The notes beneath the pieces are model-generated. The model had not been told where the DNA came from. It did not search any database and saw nothing but the letters and a program-made list of their open reading frames with translations. A program made the translations under genes and the position numbers. A DNA stretch of 64,000 nucleotides from an uncultured bacterium (GTDB taxonomy: Bacteria > Margulisbacteria > WOR-1 > XYC2-FULL-46-14): the NCBI GenBank assembly GCA_964421245.1, contig CAYQVW010000001.1, forward strand, positions 242,712 through 306,711, given 5' to 3'. Shown here in pieces: positions 35,483 through 45,891 of the stretch (position 1 is the first letter of the stretch; every line of letters starts with the position of its first letter).

Positions 35483-37929
35483 AGTATTTCGAAGAAAAAA
35501 AACATAAGCGACTTCCTTCTTCGTCTTTAATTCCGTCTGATCCAACTGTTCTTTTAACAATTGCTGGGATGCTGCAGTTTAAACCAATTTTTTTGGGATT
35601 AGAAGAGCCAGCTTTTTCCAAAGCCACAACCTGTCAAAAATGTGTCCGCGTTAATGATATAGAAGAGGTTGGAAAGACTTCCAGGCACCACACTTTTTTT
35701 GAAATGCTTGGAAACTTCTCTTTTGGTGATTATTTTAAGGAGGATGCTATCAGATTTGCTTGGGAGCTATTAACAGTAAAATTAAAAATTAAAAGTGAAA
35801 AATTAAAAATTGCGGTATTTAAAGATGATAATGAGGCCCATGATATTTGGACAAAAAAGATAGGAATTAGTGAAGATAGAATTTATCGTCTAGATGCAGA
35901 GAATAATTTCTGGGCAGCTGGGCCAACCGGTCCATGTGGTCCATGTTCTGAAATATATTATGATTTTGGAGAAGACAAATCCTGTGGCCCAGATTGTAAG
36001 CTGGGGTGTGATTGTGAACGATATTTGGAGATTTGGAATCTTGTTTTTATCCAGTATAACCGTGATGAAGCCGGCAATTTAGACCCGCTTCCTAAAAAGA
36101 ACATTGATACTGGTATGGGGCTTGAAAGAATTGCCAGAGTATTGCAGAATGCAGCAACTAATTTTGATACTGATCTTTTTAAACCACTCCTTCTCGAAAT
36201 CAATAAGCACTCCAAGAAGAAGAATATTTCGGCGACAAGGATTGTTGCTGATCATTGTAGAGCTATGACCTATCTTATTGCTGATGGAATTACTCCATCA
36301 AATGAGGCTCGGGGTTATGTTCTCCGCCGTTTAATTCGACGAGCTGTTATGTATTGTAAGAAATTAGGAATAGAAGATCCCTTTTTATGGAATATTTGTG
36401 AATTAGTGATTGAATCAGGACAACATTTTTACCCAGAGCTTCAAGTTCAAGAGAGATTTATTAAATCAATAATTCAAACAGAAGAAAACAACTTTAAGTT
36501 AACTTTAAGTTCTGGAATGGAAATTATTGATAAAATAATAACTGATTCTAAAAATAAAAATATTTCAGGGGCACAGGTTTTTAAACTTCATGATACCTAT
36601 GGATTCCCATATGATCTGACAAAAGAGATATTGAAAGAAAAAGGCTATAGTTTTGACGAAGCACAATTTCACAAAAAAATGGAGGAGCAGAGAACCAGGG
36701 CCCGTTCTGAGGCTCCCAAAGATCAGTTTTTGAAGTTAAAAAAACAGGCACAAGATGATTATGGGACAACTAAATTTGTTGGCTATGATACTTTAGAAAT
36801 ACAAAGTAAAATTGTTGGAATTATCCCAGAAGAAAATTATATTATCTTAAATAAAACCCCATTTTATCCAGAAGGCGGAGGACAAGTCGGAGATATTGGC
36901 AAGATTAATAAGACAAAAGTACTTGATACCTTAGGAACAATCGGGGGAGTGATTTTTCATAAAGTAGAGCATAGTGATGGATTTAAGGTCGGAGACACTG
37001 TTTCGGCTCAGATTGACTTTATTAGACGCAACAAAATCTGTCCACATCATACGGCTACTCATCTTTTGCACGCTGCTTTGCGAATTGTTTTAGGGCAACA
37101 TGTTAAACAGGCTGGCTCATATGTCGGATCTGATCGTTTGCGTTTTGATTTTACTCATCACAAGGCCTTGTCAAAAGAGCAAGTTCTTGATGTCGAGAAA
37201 ATTGTTAATCAAAATATTAACAAGGGAATAAGTTTAAACATCTTTTGTACCAATTATGAAGCTGCCAAACAAAAAGGGGTTACTGCTCTTTTTGATCAAA
37301 AATATGGAAATGAAGTTAGAGTTGTTGAAGTTGGCGACATAAGTCGTGAATTGTGTGGAGGGTGTCATGCAAAAAACACCAAAGAGCTCAAAAGTTTTAA
37401 AATTATAAAAGAGGGTGGGATTCAATCCGGTGTTCGAAGGATTGAGGCTGTGGTTGGGGAGGCAGTTTTAGAATATCAGAGGAAAAAAGAATTTAATGAC
37501 TCTGAACTAAAAAAGAAAGAACTAGAGAAAGAGGAGGCAAAGGCTGCGGCGAAGGCAAAGGTGCAAGGTGCCGCAGGGTTGAGAAACGAGGCGGTTAAGA
37601 GTATCAAAGAGATAAAGGGAATTAAGGTACTTGCTTATCAGGCAGATAAAGTTGATATAAAGGGACTGAGGGCATTGGGAGATAAAATTAGAGATGTTTT
37701 TGACTCAGGAATTGTGCTACTTGCAGCTAGTTTTGAAGGAAAGGCCTTCTTTTTGGCTTTAGTTTCAGACGATTTGGTTAAAAAAGGTTATAAAGCAGGA
37801 GATTTAGTTAAAATCATGGCGAAGGTTTGTGGTGGAGGTGGTGGTGGTCGTCCAAATAAAGCAGAGGCTGGTGGGAGGGACCCATCAAAAATAGAAGAAG
37901 CCCTCAAGAAAGCGATTGAGTCAATATGA
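35449..37929 (+). CDS. alaS: Alanine--tRNA ligase
   Basis: N-terminal SKDIRETFLKYFEEKKHKRLPSSSLIP.DPTVLLTIAGMLQFKP, the editing-domain HTATHLLHAALRIVLGQH, and the C-terminal DHHA1 motif CGGGGGGRPNKAEAGG. Confidence 0.96.
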   Translation: MQSKDIRETFLKYFEEKKHKRLPSSSLIPSDPTVLLTIAGMLQFKPIFLGLEEPAFSKATTCQKCVRVNDIEEVGKTSRHHTFFEMLGNFSFGDYFKEDAIRFAWELLTVKLKIKSEKLKIAVFKDDNEAHDIWTKKIGISEDRIYRLDAENNFWAAGPTGPCGPCSEIYYDFGEDKSCGPDCKLGCDCERYLEIWNLVFIQYNRDEAGNLDPLPKKNIDTGMGLERIARVLQNAATNFDTDLFKPLLLEINKHSKKKNISATRIVADHCRAMTYLIADGITPSNEARGYVLRRLIRRAVMYCKKLGIEDPFLWNICELVIESGQHFYPELQVQERFIKSIIQTEENNFKLTLSSGMEIIDKIITDSKNKNISGAQVFKLHDTYGFPYDLTKEILKEKGYSFDEAQFHKKMEEQRTRARSEAPKDQFLKLKKQAQDDYGTTKFVGYDTLEIQSKIVGIIPEENYIILNKTPFYPEGGGQVGDIGKINKTKVLDTLGTIGGVIFHKVEHSDGFKVGDTVSAQIDFIRRNKICPHHTATHLLHAALRIVLGQHVKQAGSYVGSDRLRFDFTHHKALSKEQVLDVEKIVNQNINKGISLNIFCTNYEAAKQKGVTALFDQKYGNEVRVVEVGDISRELCGGCHAKNTKELKSFKIIKEGGIQSGVRRIEAVVGEAVLEYQRKKEFNDSELKKKELEKEEAKAAAKAKVQGAAGLRNEAVKSIKEIKGIKVLAYQADKVDIKGLRALGDKIRDVFDSGIVLLAASFEGKAFFLALVSDDLVKKGYKAGDLVKIMAKVCGGGGGGRPNKAEAGGRDPSKIEEALKKAIESI

Positions 37930-38324
37930 GAATCATATGTTTAGATTATGGACAGAGACGAATTGGAGTAGCTGTCTCTGATCCACTAGGATTAATGGCT
38001 CATCCGGTCGCGGTGATTGGTACCGATTTTTCCGAATTAAAAAAAATTATTGATGATTATGAAGAGGTGTCCGAGATATTAGTCGGTCTTCCAAAGACAC
38101 TAAGGGGAGAAATTGGTCCTCGTGCGCAGAAGACCTTGGAGTATGTCTCTTTTCTCAAAGAGAAGTTTGATATTCCAATCAACACCTGGGATGAGAGAAT
38201 GACAACGGTTAGTGCTCAAAAAACTCTTTCTGACGCTGGATTAGATTCTCGCAAACAACGCAAGGTAATTGATAAAGTTGCAGCGGCTATTATTCTTCAA
38301 AATTACTTAGATAGAAAGAAATGA
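37926..38324 (+). CDS. ruvX: YqgF/RuvX-family putative pre-16S rRNA nuclease / Holliday-junction-resolvase-like protein
   Basis: MRIICLDYGQRRIGVAVSD...ILVGLPKTLRGEIGPRAQ is the typical YqgF signature. Confidence 0.9.
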   Translation: MRIICLDYGQRRIGVAVSDPLGLMAHPVAVIGTDFSELKKIIDDYEEVSEILVGLPKTLRGEIGPRAQKTLEYVSFLKEKFDIPINTWDERMTTVSAQKTLSDAGLDSRKQRKVIDKVAAAIILQNYLDRKK

Positions 38325-39331
38325 AAAAGAAATTAATATTAGCAATACCGGTTGTTTTGGTTCTTCTTGCCTGTGGGATTGTTTCAATCTTAACTCAGAC
38401 CGGGGGAAATGGAACAACTAAAACAATTTCTATCCCCAAGGGTTTTAATGCCAACAATATTACAAATCTCCTTTATCAGGAGGAGATAATAAGAAATAAG
38501 CACTTTTTTAAGCTATCGACTAGATTTTTGGGGCAACAAAACAATCTTCAAGCTGGGGTCTATATTTTGTCGGGCAACATGACAAATATTGCAATTATAA
38601 ATAAGCTTAAACTAGGCGAGGTTATTCCACCAAATCTTATGAAAATAACTTTTCCTGAAGGATCATCTGTTTATAGGATGGGAAAGATCTTAAAAGAGTT
38701 ATCGTATGAAGCCTATTCAAAATTTCAAAAGCTTTATAAGCTACCAATCGATAAAGAATTAAAAAAAGAATATGCCTTTTTGGCGGATGTAGGACAGAAT
38801 TCACTTGAAGGATATCTTTTTCCGGATACCTATCTTTTTGATCCAGAAATTAATGAAAAAGAGCTTTCCCGTATTATGCTTAATAGATTTACCGAAGTTG
38901 TTATTCATTATTGGTTAGAAAATGCCAATAATACCAAATATAATCTGCATCAAATCTTAACTTTAGCTTCAATTATTGAAAAAGAGGCTCAGAAACCGGC
39001 AGAGCGAGCAATTATTTCTTCGGTTTATCATAATAGATTAAATATAGGTATGGCGCTTGATGCCTGTCCGACAATAAAATATGCACTTAATGATCCGACT
39101 AAACGGGTTTTTCTTTGGCAGTTAAAGGTAAAATCGCCTTATAACACCTATATTAATCCTGGTTTACCTCCTGGGCCAATCTGCAATCCAGGCATTGAGT
39201 CAATAAAAGCTGCAATTTACCCATTAAAGACTAAATACTTCTTTTTTGTGGCGAAGAAAGATGGAAGTCATATCTTTTCAAAGACTCTAGCAGAGCATAA
39301 TCGGTCTAGAAGATCTATTCCCACTCAATAG
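38321..39331 (+). CDS. mltG: Endolytic murein transglycosylase MltG (YceG family)
   Basis: N-terminal transmembrane helix, then [12 protein letters not shown]...[23 protein letters not shown]...[21 protein letters not shown] are the YceG-domain motifs. Confidence 0.88.
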   Translation: MKKKLILAIPVVLVLLACGIVSILTQTGGNGTTKTISIPKGFNANNITNLLYQEEIIRNKHFFKLSTRFLGQQNNLQAGVYILSGNMTNIAIINKLKLGEVIPPNLMKITFPEGSSVYRMGKILKELSYEAYSKFQKLYKLPIDKELKKEYAFLADVGQNSLEGYLFPDTYLFDPEINEKELSRIMLNRFTEVVIHYWLENANNTKYNLHQILTLASIIEKEAQKPAERAIISSVYHNRLNIGMALDACPTIKYALNDPTKRVFLWQLKVKSPYNTYINPGLPPGPICNPGIESIKAAIYPLKTKYFFFVAKKDGSHIFSKTLAEHNRSRRSIPTQ

Positions 39332-40859
39332 TTGAAGGTGGCTTAGAAGAAATATCATAAACCACGCGATTTACAAGAGGACATTCATTAACAATTCTGT
39401 TAGAAATAATTTCAAGAAGATCATATGGAAGACGAGCCCAGTCTGCAGTCATTGCGTCAACCGAGGTTACTGCTCGAACAGCGATTGTGTTTAAGTAAGT
39501 GCGTTTATCTCCCATAACACCGACAGTTCTTATTGGAAGCAGAACACCAAAAGATTGCCAAAGTTTCTTATAAAATCCAGCCTTTTTAATCTCAGTCCCA
39601 ATGATATCGTCTACTTCTTGTAATATTTTAACTCGCTCGGGGGTAACCTCCCCAATAATTCTAATGGCAAGCCCCGGACCAGGAAAAGGTTGTCTCATTA
39701 TTATATCTTCTGGAACTCCCAAATCTTTTCCTAGGGCTCGAACTTCGTCTTTAAATAGTTTGCGTAATGGTTCAACCAATTTAAATTTAATATCTTTTGG
39801 AAGTCCACCAACATTGTGATGGGTCTTAATGGTATGTGCAGTGGTTACTTTTGATGGAACGGCAGATTCAATAACATCAGGATATAGAGTTCCTTGGGCA
39901 AGATAGGGCATTTCACCTAACTTCTTTGCTTCTTCTTCGAACACTCTAATAAACTCAGTTCCAATAACCTTTCGTTTTTTCTCTGGATCAACTACTCCTT
40001 TAAGCTTATCAAAAAATCTCTTTGAAGCATCAATATAAACAATGTGTATTTTGAAATGTCTTGAACAGAGCTCTTTTATCTTTTTGGCCTCATCTTTTCT
40101 CATAAACCCTTGATCAATAAACATACAGGTAAGCTGATTTCCAAGAGCTTTATGAACTAATGCCGCAACGGTAGTAGAATCAACTCCACCAGATAGGGCA
40201 CAAAGGATTTTTTCTTTGCCAATTACAGCCTTTAGCTCTTTTGATGCTGCTTCGATATAATGTTCGGTTGTCCAGGTTGGCTTAATTCCACAAACAACAT
40301 ATAGAAAATTCTTGATTATTTCAGAACCCTGTGGAGTATGAACAACTTCTGGATGAAATTGGACTCCATAGATATTTTTTGTCTCTGAGCCAATGGCTGC
40401 GTGGGGTGTGTTTTCTGTATGTCCGATAACCTTGAATCCATCCGGGAGCTTTGAGACAGAATCTCCATGACTCATCCAGCATTTAATTTTTTCAGGAAGA
40501 CCGGCAAAGATGTTTTCTGGATCATCTATTTCTAAACTAGCCTTGCCGTATTCATGTTTGTGTCCTTTTCTTACATCACCCTTTAATTCTTTTGCAATAA
40601 GCTGCATCCCATAACAGATTCCAAGGATAGGAACACCAAGGTGCCAAATTGCAGGATCAGGATGCGGTGCATCTTTATCATAAACCGAGTTGGGACCACC
40701 AGACAAAATAATACCTTTTACGTTACGTTTTTTTAACGTATCAGCTGAGGTGTTATAGGGTAGGATTTCGCAGTAAACATTTGCTTCTCGCACACGACGT
40801 GCGATTAGCATAGAATATTGGGCACCAAAATCGAGGATTACGAGTAAATTATGCTTCAC
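39315..40859 (-). CDS. guaA: GMP synthase (glutamine-hydrolysing)
   Basis: GATase [19 protein letters not shown]...GICYGMQ, the ATP-PPase P-loop [15 protein letters not shown], and the C-terminal dimerisation domain. Confidence 0.97.
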   Translation of the reverse strand: MKHNLLVILDFGAQYSMLIARRVREANVYCEILPYNTSADTLKKRNVKGIILSGGPNSVYDKDAPHPDPAIWHLGVPILGICYGMQLIAKELKGDVRKGHKHEYGKASLEIDDPENIFAGLPEKIKCWMSHGDSVSKLPDGFKVIGHTENTPHAAIGSETKNIYGVQFHPEVVHTPQGSEIIKNFLYVVCGIKPTWTTEHYIEAASKELKAVIGKEKILCALSGGVDSTTVAALVHKALGNQLTCMFIDQGFMRKDEAKKIKELCSRHFKIHIVYIDASKRFFDKLKGVVDPEKKRKVIGTEFIRVFEEEAKKLGEMPYLAQGTLYPDVIESAVPSKVTTAHTIKTHHNVGGLPKDIKFKLVEPLRKLFKDEVRALGKDLGVPEDIIMRQPFPGPGLAIRIIGEVTPERVKILQEVDDIIGTEIKKAGFYKKLWQSFGVLLPIRTVGVMGDKRTYLNTIAVRAVTSVDAMTADWARLPYDLLEIISNRIVNECPLVNRVVYDISSKPPSTIEWE

Positions 40860-42016
40860 TTATACATCCCCAGCTGCTGTGCTTTTTGATAAACTTTTCC
40901 CTCAGTTGCGTTTGACGGAGCAATTACTACATCAACATGCTGCATCTCTTTGATGTTAGATGCTCCTAGAGTTCCCATAGAGGTTTTGATAGCTCCAACT
41001 AAGTTCATAGAGCCAGTATCAAATTTTGCAGGTCCATGCAGAATTTCTTTTAGTGATCCGACTGTTCCAACTGCAACCCTTGCTCCTCTTGGTAGAGTTG
41101 CATTTGGAGTTGCCATTCCCCAGTGTTTTCCTCGTCCTGGTGCTTCATTTGCTCTTGCAATAGGAGAGCCGATCATAACTGCATCTGCACCGCAGGCTAG
41201 GGCTTTACAAATATCACCACTTACAACCATTCCACCATCTGCAATAATTGGTACATAGACTCCATTTTCTTTATAGAAAGAATCGCGTGCTGCCGCACAA
41301 TCAGCGATTGCTGTAGCCATTGGAATTCCAATTCCCAACACTCCACGTGAAGTACAAGCAGCTCCTGGTCCGATCCCAACCATTACTCCAGCTACTCCTG
41401 TCCCCATCAATGTTAGAGCGACTTTGTATGTTACGCAATTACCGACTAAAACTGGAATCCCAATTTTTTTACAAAATTCCTTTATGTCCAGAGCTTTTGA
41501 GGTTGTGGATTTATGTTTTGTAGAGATAACAGTAGATTGAATTACAAAAATATCTGCACCAGCTTCTTTTGCTATTTTTCCGAACTCCTTGGCTTGTTGG
41601 GGGGTAGCAGAAACTGCAACTACTCCTCCTTTATCTTTAATTTCTTTTATCCGTTTAGTAATTAATTCTTTTTTGATTGGTTCTTCATAAAGTTTTTGCA
41701 TCAATTCTACATATTTTTCTTTTTCAACCTTAGCTATTTGATTGAGAATAGAATCAGCATCCTCATAACGAGTTTGTACACCTTCCAAGTTTAATACCCC
41801 AAGCCCACCATGTTTTGACATTAGGGCTGCAGTATTTGAATCTACAACAGAATCCATGGCCGAGGCTATGATTGGAATGTCGAATTTTTTCCCTCCTAAT
41901 TCAAATGATGTATCTGCGTCATCAGGATTAACCGTAACAATTGACGGAACTAATGCAATTTCATCAAATCCATAAACTCTTCGGGTCGATTTATTTCCAC
42001 CTAGCTTACTTTCCAT
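40856..42016 (-). CDS. IMP dehydrogenase/GMP reductase-family protein lacking the CBS pair (GuaB-like catalytic barrel only, 386 aa)
   Basis: Active-site loop [29 protein letters not shown]-terminal FDEIALVPS. Adjacent to and co-oriented with guaA. Confidence 0.8.
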   Translation of the reverse strand: MESKLGGNKSTRRVYGFDEIALVPSIVTVNPDDADTSFELGGKKFDIPIIASAMDSVVDSNTAALMSKHGGLGVLNLEGVQTRYEDADSILNQIAKVEKEKYVELMQKLYEEPIKKELITKRIKEIKDKGGVVAVSATPQQAKEFGKIAKEAGADIFVIQSTVISTKHKSTTSKALDIKEFCKKIGIPVLVGNCVTYKVALTLMGTGVAGVMVGIGPGAACTSRGVLGIGIPMATAIADCAAARDSFYKENGVYVPIIADGGMVVSGDICKALACGADAVMIGSPIARANEAPGRGKHWGMATPNATLPRGARVAVGTVGSLKEILHGPAKFDTGSMNLVGAIKTSMGTLGASNIKEMQHVDVVIAPSNATEGKVYQKAQQLGMYK

Positions 42017-42027
42017 TTATTTTCTCC

Positions 42028-43149
42028 TTAAGGCTTTTCGCCAATTTTGCCACTTAGCTTTATATTTTTTCCATTGCGATAAACTAATAATTCAATTTTT
42101 TGCTTTGGCTTCATGTTTGCAACTATTTCAATCAGTTCGTCGCTTTTATTGATTGTTTTTCCATCTACTTTTTTAATAATGTCATAACGCTTTAATCTCA
42201 TTTTCTCAGCTGGACTATTTTTTACAATCTCAACGACAGCAATACCTTCTTTTAATGGAAGGTCTAGATAATTCGCAAGCCTCTTATCCATATCTCTAAG
42301 ATAAACTCCAAGCCAAGGACGAACAACTTTCCCTTTTTCTATTAATTCTGTTTTAACTCTTTTTGCCTCATTTACAGGAATTGCGAAACCGATTCCCTGT
42401 GCTTGGGCAACAATTGCAACATTTATTCCGATAACTTCGCCAGCCAGATTAATTAATGGTCCGCCGGAATTTCCCGGGTTAATTGCCGTATCAGTTTGGA
42501 TGAGATTTTTTTTCCCAAGATCAGAGAGGTGTCTCCCGGTTGCACTAATTATTCCAGCCGTAACGGTATTCGAAAAGCCATAAGGATTTCCAATTGCAAT
42601 TGCCCATTCTCCCGGACGGATTTTGGACGAATTGCCAAGAGGAATAACCGGAAGGTTTTTTGCCTTAATTTCTAAAATTGCCAAATCAATGGTAGAATCT
42701 TTTCCAATAACTTTTGCATCAAATTTTCTTCCATCTTTTAGAGTGATTTTAATCTTATCCGCATTTTTAATTACGTGTTCATTTGTCATGATATGGCCTT
42801 TTTTATCAAAGATAAATCCTGATCCAGCCCCTCTTTGAGGAATGACCTGGTCTTCAAAAAAATCTTTGAATCCAGGATCAGGATCAAAGCCAAAGAACCT
42901 GCGATCAAAATTATTGAGTGGGCTAAAGACCCTTGCTTTAATACTCTTCTCAACGTCAATATTAACAACAGCATCTCCAACTTGTTCAACTATATCTGCA
43001 ATAACATTGTATCCATTAGCATTTGGAATTGGTGTTATCTCTTTGCTAGAATCAGAACGATTTGAAAACCCAACTACAAATGTTAGTGAAAGAGACAAGA
43101 AAACAATAGATGATATAAGAAAAAGCGTTCCTTTTTTCCTCAATACCAT
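42028..43149 (-). CDS. HtrA/DegP-family periplasmic serine protease with a PDZ domain
   Basis: GNSGGPLINLAGEVIGIN and the catalytic H/D/S context. Start reassigned to MVLRKKGTLFLISSIVF (ATG at 43149) with AGGAGG 8 nt upstream; this removes the overlap with the upstream gene that the longer track ORF creates. Confidence 0.9.
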   Translation of the reverse strand: MVLRKKGTLFLISSIVFLSLSLTFVVGFSNRSDSSKEITPIPNANGYNVIADIVEQVGDAVVNIDVEKSIKARVFSPLNNFDRRFFGFDPDPGFKDFFEDQVIPQRGAGSGFIFDKKGHIMTNEHVIKNADKIKITLKDGRKFDAKVIGKDSTIDLAILEIKAKNLPVIPLGNSSKIRPGEWAIAIGNPYGFSNTVTAGIISATGRHLSDLGKKNLIQTDTAINPGNSGGPLINLAGEVIGINVAIVAQAQGIGFAIPVNEAKRVKTELIEKGKVVRPWLGVYLRDMDKRLANYLDLPLKEGIAVVEIVKNSPAEKMRLKRYDIIKKVDGKTINKSDELIEIVANMKPKQKIELLVYRNGKNIKLSGKIGEKP

Positions 43150-43228
43150 ATGGAAACCCTCCTTTTTCAACCTGATGGAATTGGGAACCATTATAGCAGA
43201 AAATAAGGCGAAGGGCAAAGGTGAAGGC

Positions 43229-44071
43229 TTAGTTGGGGCGTAGGAAAAGAATATCGAAATAAGCCAAAAGACGATCAAGAAATTTTTTTCTTTTGAAAGG
43301 GAAGGATAGAATTAGAAGGGGAATAAAAGCTAAAATAAATACAAAAAGTAGAATTCTATAAATTAACCAAGCAAAAGCACCATAGTGTTTTCTGCAGAAG
43401 TATAATCCACCCTTGAATCCTTCAACAAATAGACGACGATTAAAAGTCCTTTTACTACTATAGCCACCATAATGGATCACCTCTGATTGTGGGCAGAAGT
43501 ATATTTTCCATCCAGCCTTTCTAATACTCATACACCAATCTAGGTCATCATTGTAAAAGAATAACTTTTCATCCATCATTCCAACTTTTTCAATAACCTC
43601 TCTCCTAACCATTAAACAGGCCCCGATTATAAAATCAACCTCAGCTGGTTGTTTTGCATTGTAGAATTTCTTTCCAAATATTCCGCCCTGTCTTTGAATG
43701 GTTCCATCGATATTTAGAAGTTTGGCGCCGCATGCACCGGCTTTTGGATTATGATTCATAAAACTAACCATTTTATCAAAAGCAGAATCTTTGGTGATAG
43801 TATCGTCGTTTAACAGCATTTGATAACGTCCGTTGGCTATTCTTAATCCTTGGTTTGATGCTTTTATAAAGCCCATATTTTTATCATTATTAATTAAATG
43901 AACCTCGGGGTATTTTCTTCTTACCATCTCCTGTGATCCATCGGTTGATGCGTTGTCTACAACAATTATTTCAAAGATGACCTTTTTGGTGTTTTTATAG
44001 ATAGAATCAAGGCATTGATCGAGAATCTTTTTATTGTCTGTGTTTACTATTATAATTGATAAGTCAAACAT
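43229..44071 (-). CDS. Family 2 glycosyltransferase with a C-terminal membrane anchor
   Basis: LSIIIVNTDNKKIL...EIIVVDNASTDGS...LLNDDT (the DxD region), then two hydrophobic C-terminal segments. Confidence 0.88.
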   Translation of the reverse strand: MFDLSIIIVNTDNKKILDQCLDSIYKNTKKVIFEIIVVDNASTDGSQEMVRRKYPEVHLINNDKNMGFIKASNQGLRIANGRYQMLLNDDTITKDSAFDKMVSFMNHNPKAGACGAKLLNIDGTIQRQGGIFGKKFYNAKQPAEVDFIIGACLMVRREVIEKVGMMDEKLFFYNDDLDWCMSIRKAGWKIYFCPQSEVIHYGGYSSKRTFNRRLFVEGFKGGLYFCRKHYGAFAWLIYRILLFVFILAFIPLLILSFPFKRKKFLDRLLAYFDILFLRPN

Positions 44072-44090
44072 GTTCTGGTAGAATTATACC

Positions 44091-44519
44091 ATGATACTAA
44101 TAATACATGGTCCAAATCTCGATCAACTTGGAAAAAGAGAAATAGATGTCTACGGAAAAACTACTCTAGATGATATTAACAAAGCACTAAAGCACAAGGC
44201 ACAAGAGCTTAAGTTAGAAGTAAAGACAATGCAACTCTCTGGTGAGGGAGAGATTTGTAAAGAACTTGGGTCGGCAAAGGCTAATGGTTTTTCTGCGATT
44301 TTAATAAATCCAGCAGCTTATACTCATTATTCGGTTGCTGTTCGTGATGCAGTTGCTGGAGCCAATCTGCCAACAGTTGAAGTTCACTTATCAAATATTT
44401 ATGCTAGAGAAGAGTTTCGTCATAAATCAGTTATTGCACCAGTTGCAACCGGGCAGATTTCTGGCTTTGGATTAAACAGCTATCTTTTAGGTTTAGAGGC
44501 CATCGCTAAACTTATTTAA
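44091..44519 (+). CDS. aroQ: Type II 3-dehydroquinate dehydratase
   Basis: [21 protein letters not shown]...[19 protein letters not shown]...VEVHLSNI is the type II DHQase pattern. Confidence 0.92.
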   Translation: MILIIHGPNLDQLGKREIDVYGKTTLDDINKALKHKAQELKLEVKTMQLSGEGEICKELGSAKANGFSAILINPAAYTHYSVAVRDAVAGANLPTVEVHLSNIYAREEFRHKSVIAPVATGQISGFGLNSYLLGLEAIAKLI

Positions 44520-45184
44520 TGAACAAAAAACATCTAACGTCTATTCGCATTGCCGAGAGAGTTTTTTCCGAATTAAAAGAATTTGTAAAACCAGGGGTTT
44601 CTGAAAAAGAGGTAGCTGCCGAAATTCGTAAGCGTGTAAAAAAATATGGAGCAAAGAAAGAATCGTTTCGTGTAATTGTTGCCTCAGGAAAAAATTCTGC
44701 TAAAATCCATGGTTTTTCCTCTAGGAAAAAAATAAGATCAAAAGATGTAATAATGTTCGATTTTGGCGCATTGTATAGAGGTTGGCGATCAGATATTACC
44801 CGTAGTTATGTTTTAGGGCAACCGACTAAAAGACAAAAAAATATTTATACTCTGCTTAAAAAGGCACAGGCTGCTGGAATAAAAAGAGTAAAGGCTGGAA
44901 TAAAGTGTTCTGAAATTGATAATAGAGTAAGGAATGTTATTGAGAAGGCTGGATATGGAGAATACTTTGTTCATACGACTGGCCATGGTGTTGGGAGAAA
45001 GACGCATGAAACTCCCCGTATTTCTGGAAATAATGATAATATACTGAAAGCTGGACAGATTATAACGATTGAGCCTGGAATTTATTTTAAAAAGAAATGG
45101 GGGATGAGAGTAGAGGATATGGTGCTTGTGACAAGTAGGGGACATAAGGTTTTAACAAAACTACCAAGGAGTTTGCTCTTGTGA
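44519..45184 (+). CDS. M24-family metallopeptidase, catalytic 'pita-bread' domain only (methionine aminopeptidase / Xaa-Pro peptidase-like)
   Basis: HTTGHGVGRKTHETP...ITIEPGIY...RVEDMV, with upstream D/D ligand positions (MFDFG, RSDITR). 221 aa. Confidence 0.72.
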   Translation: MNKKHLTSIRIAERVFSELKEFVKPGVSEKEVAAEIRKRVKKYGAKKESFRVIVASGKNSAKIHGFSSRKKIRSKDVIMFDFGALYRGWRSDITRSYVLGQPTKRQKNIYTLLKKAQAAGIKRVKAGIKCSEIDNRVRNVIEKAGYGEYFVHTTGHGVGRKTHETPRISGNNDNILKAGQIITIEPGIYFKKKWGMRVEDMVLVTSRGHKVLTKLPRSLLL

Positions 45185-45891
45185 AAATTTTCACAATCAT
45201 CGCGGCAGGTGGAACTGGAAACCGCATGGGACAGCCAAAACAGCTGCTACCAATATGTGGAAAACCAATGCTTGAGTGGACAGTTAACGTCTTTAAAGAG
45301 GTTTCAGAAATTTCTGGAATAGTAATTGTTGGTCCGGGAGAAGGATTGTCACCCTTGGTTTGTAAATCTGGTCAAGAAAGAACTGATTCAATTCGAAATG
45401 GTTTAGAATTAGTTCCAAAAGATTGTGACATTGTTTTAATTCATGATGGTGCGCGACCACTTATTACACCCGAAATAATTAGAAATTCTATAGAAGAATG
45501 TATGAAACATGATGCAGTAGTGGTAGGGGTACCGGTCAAGGATACAATTAAGCAAATCCGAAATCCTAAACCTGCCTCGCCTGCTGCTCGGCAAGGCGGG
45601 TCCGAAATCCTAAATAAATCCAAATTACCAATTGTCCAAATTCAAAACACATTAAACAGAAAAGAGTTGTGGCAGGCGCAGACACCGCAGGTCTTTAAAT
45701 ATTCCGTACTAAAAGAAGCCTACAAAAACGCCAAAGGCAATGCAACTGATGACTCAAAATTAGTTGAGGATCTTGGTATTCCTGTTAAAATGGTTGTGGG
45801 GTCATACGAAAACATAAAAGTAACGACCCCGGAAGATTTAATTATTGCGGAGACTATATTATGTTCACGCCAACAAAAGAAGAATTCGTAA
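45181..45891 (+). CDS. ispD: 2-C-methyl-D-erythritol 4-phosphate cytidylyltransferase
   Basis: IIAAGGTGNRMGQPKQLLPICGKPML...VLIHDGARPLI...VPVKDTIK...LWQAQTPQVF. GTG start. The gene contains a GC-rich hairpin element flanked by direct repeats (45557-45614). Confidence 0.86.
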   Translation: MKIFTIIAAGGTGNRMGQPKQLLPICGKPMLEWTVNVFKEVSEISGIVIVGPGEGLSPLVCKSGQERTDSIRNGLELVPKDCDIVLIHDGARPLITPEIIRNSIEECMKHDAVVVGVPVKDTIKQIRNPKPASPAARQGGSEILNKSKLPIVQIQNTLNRKELWQAQTPQVFKYSVLKEAYKNAKGNATDDSKLVEDLGIPVKMVVGSYENIKVTTPEDLIIAETILCSRQQKKNS

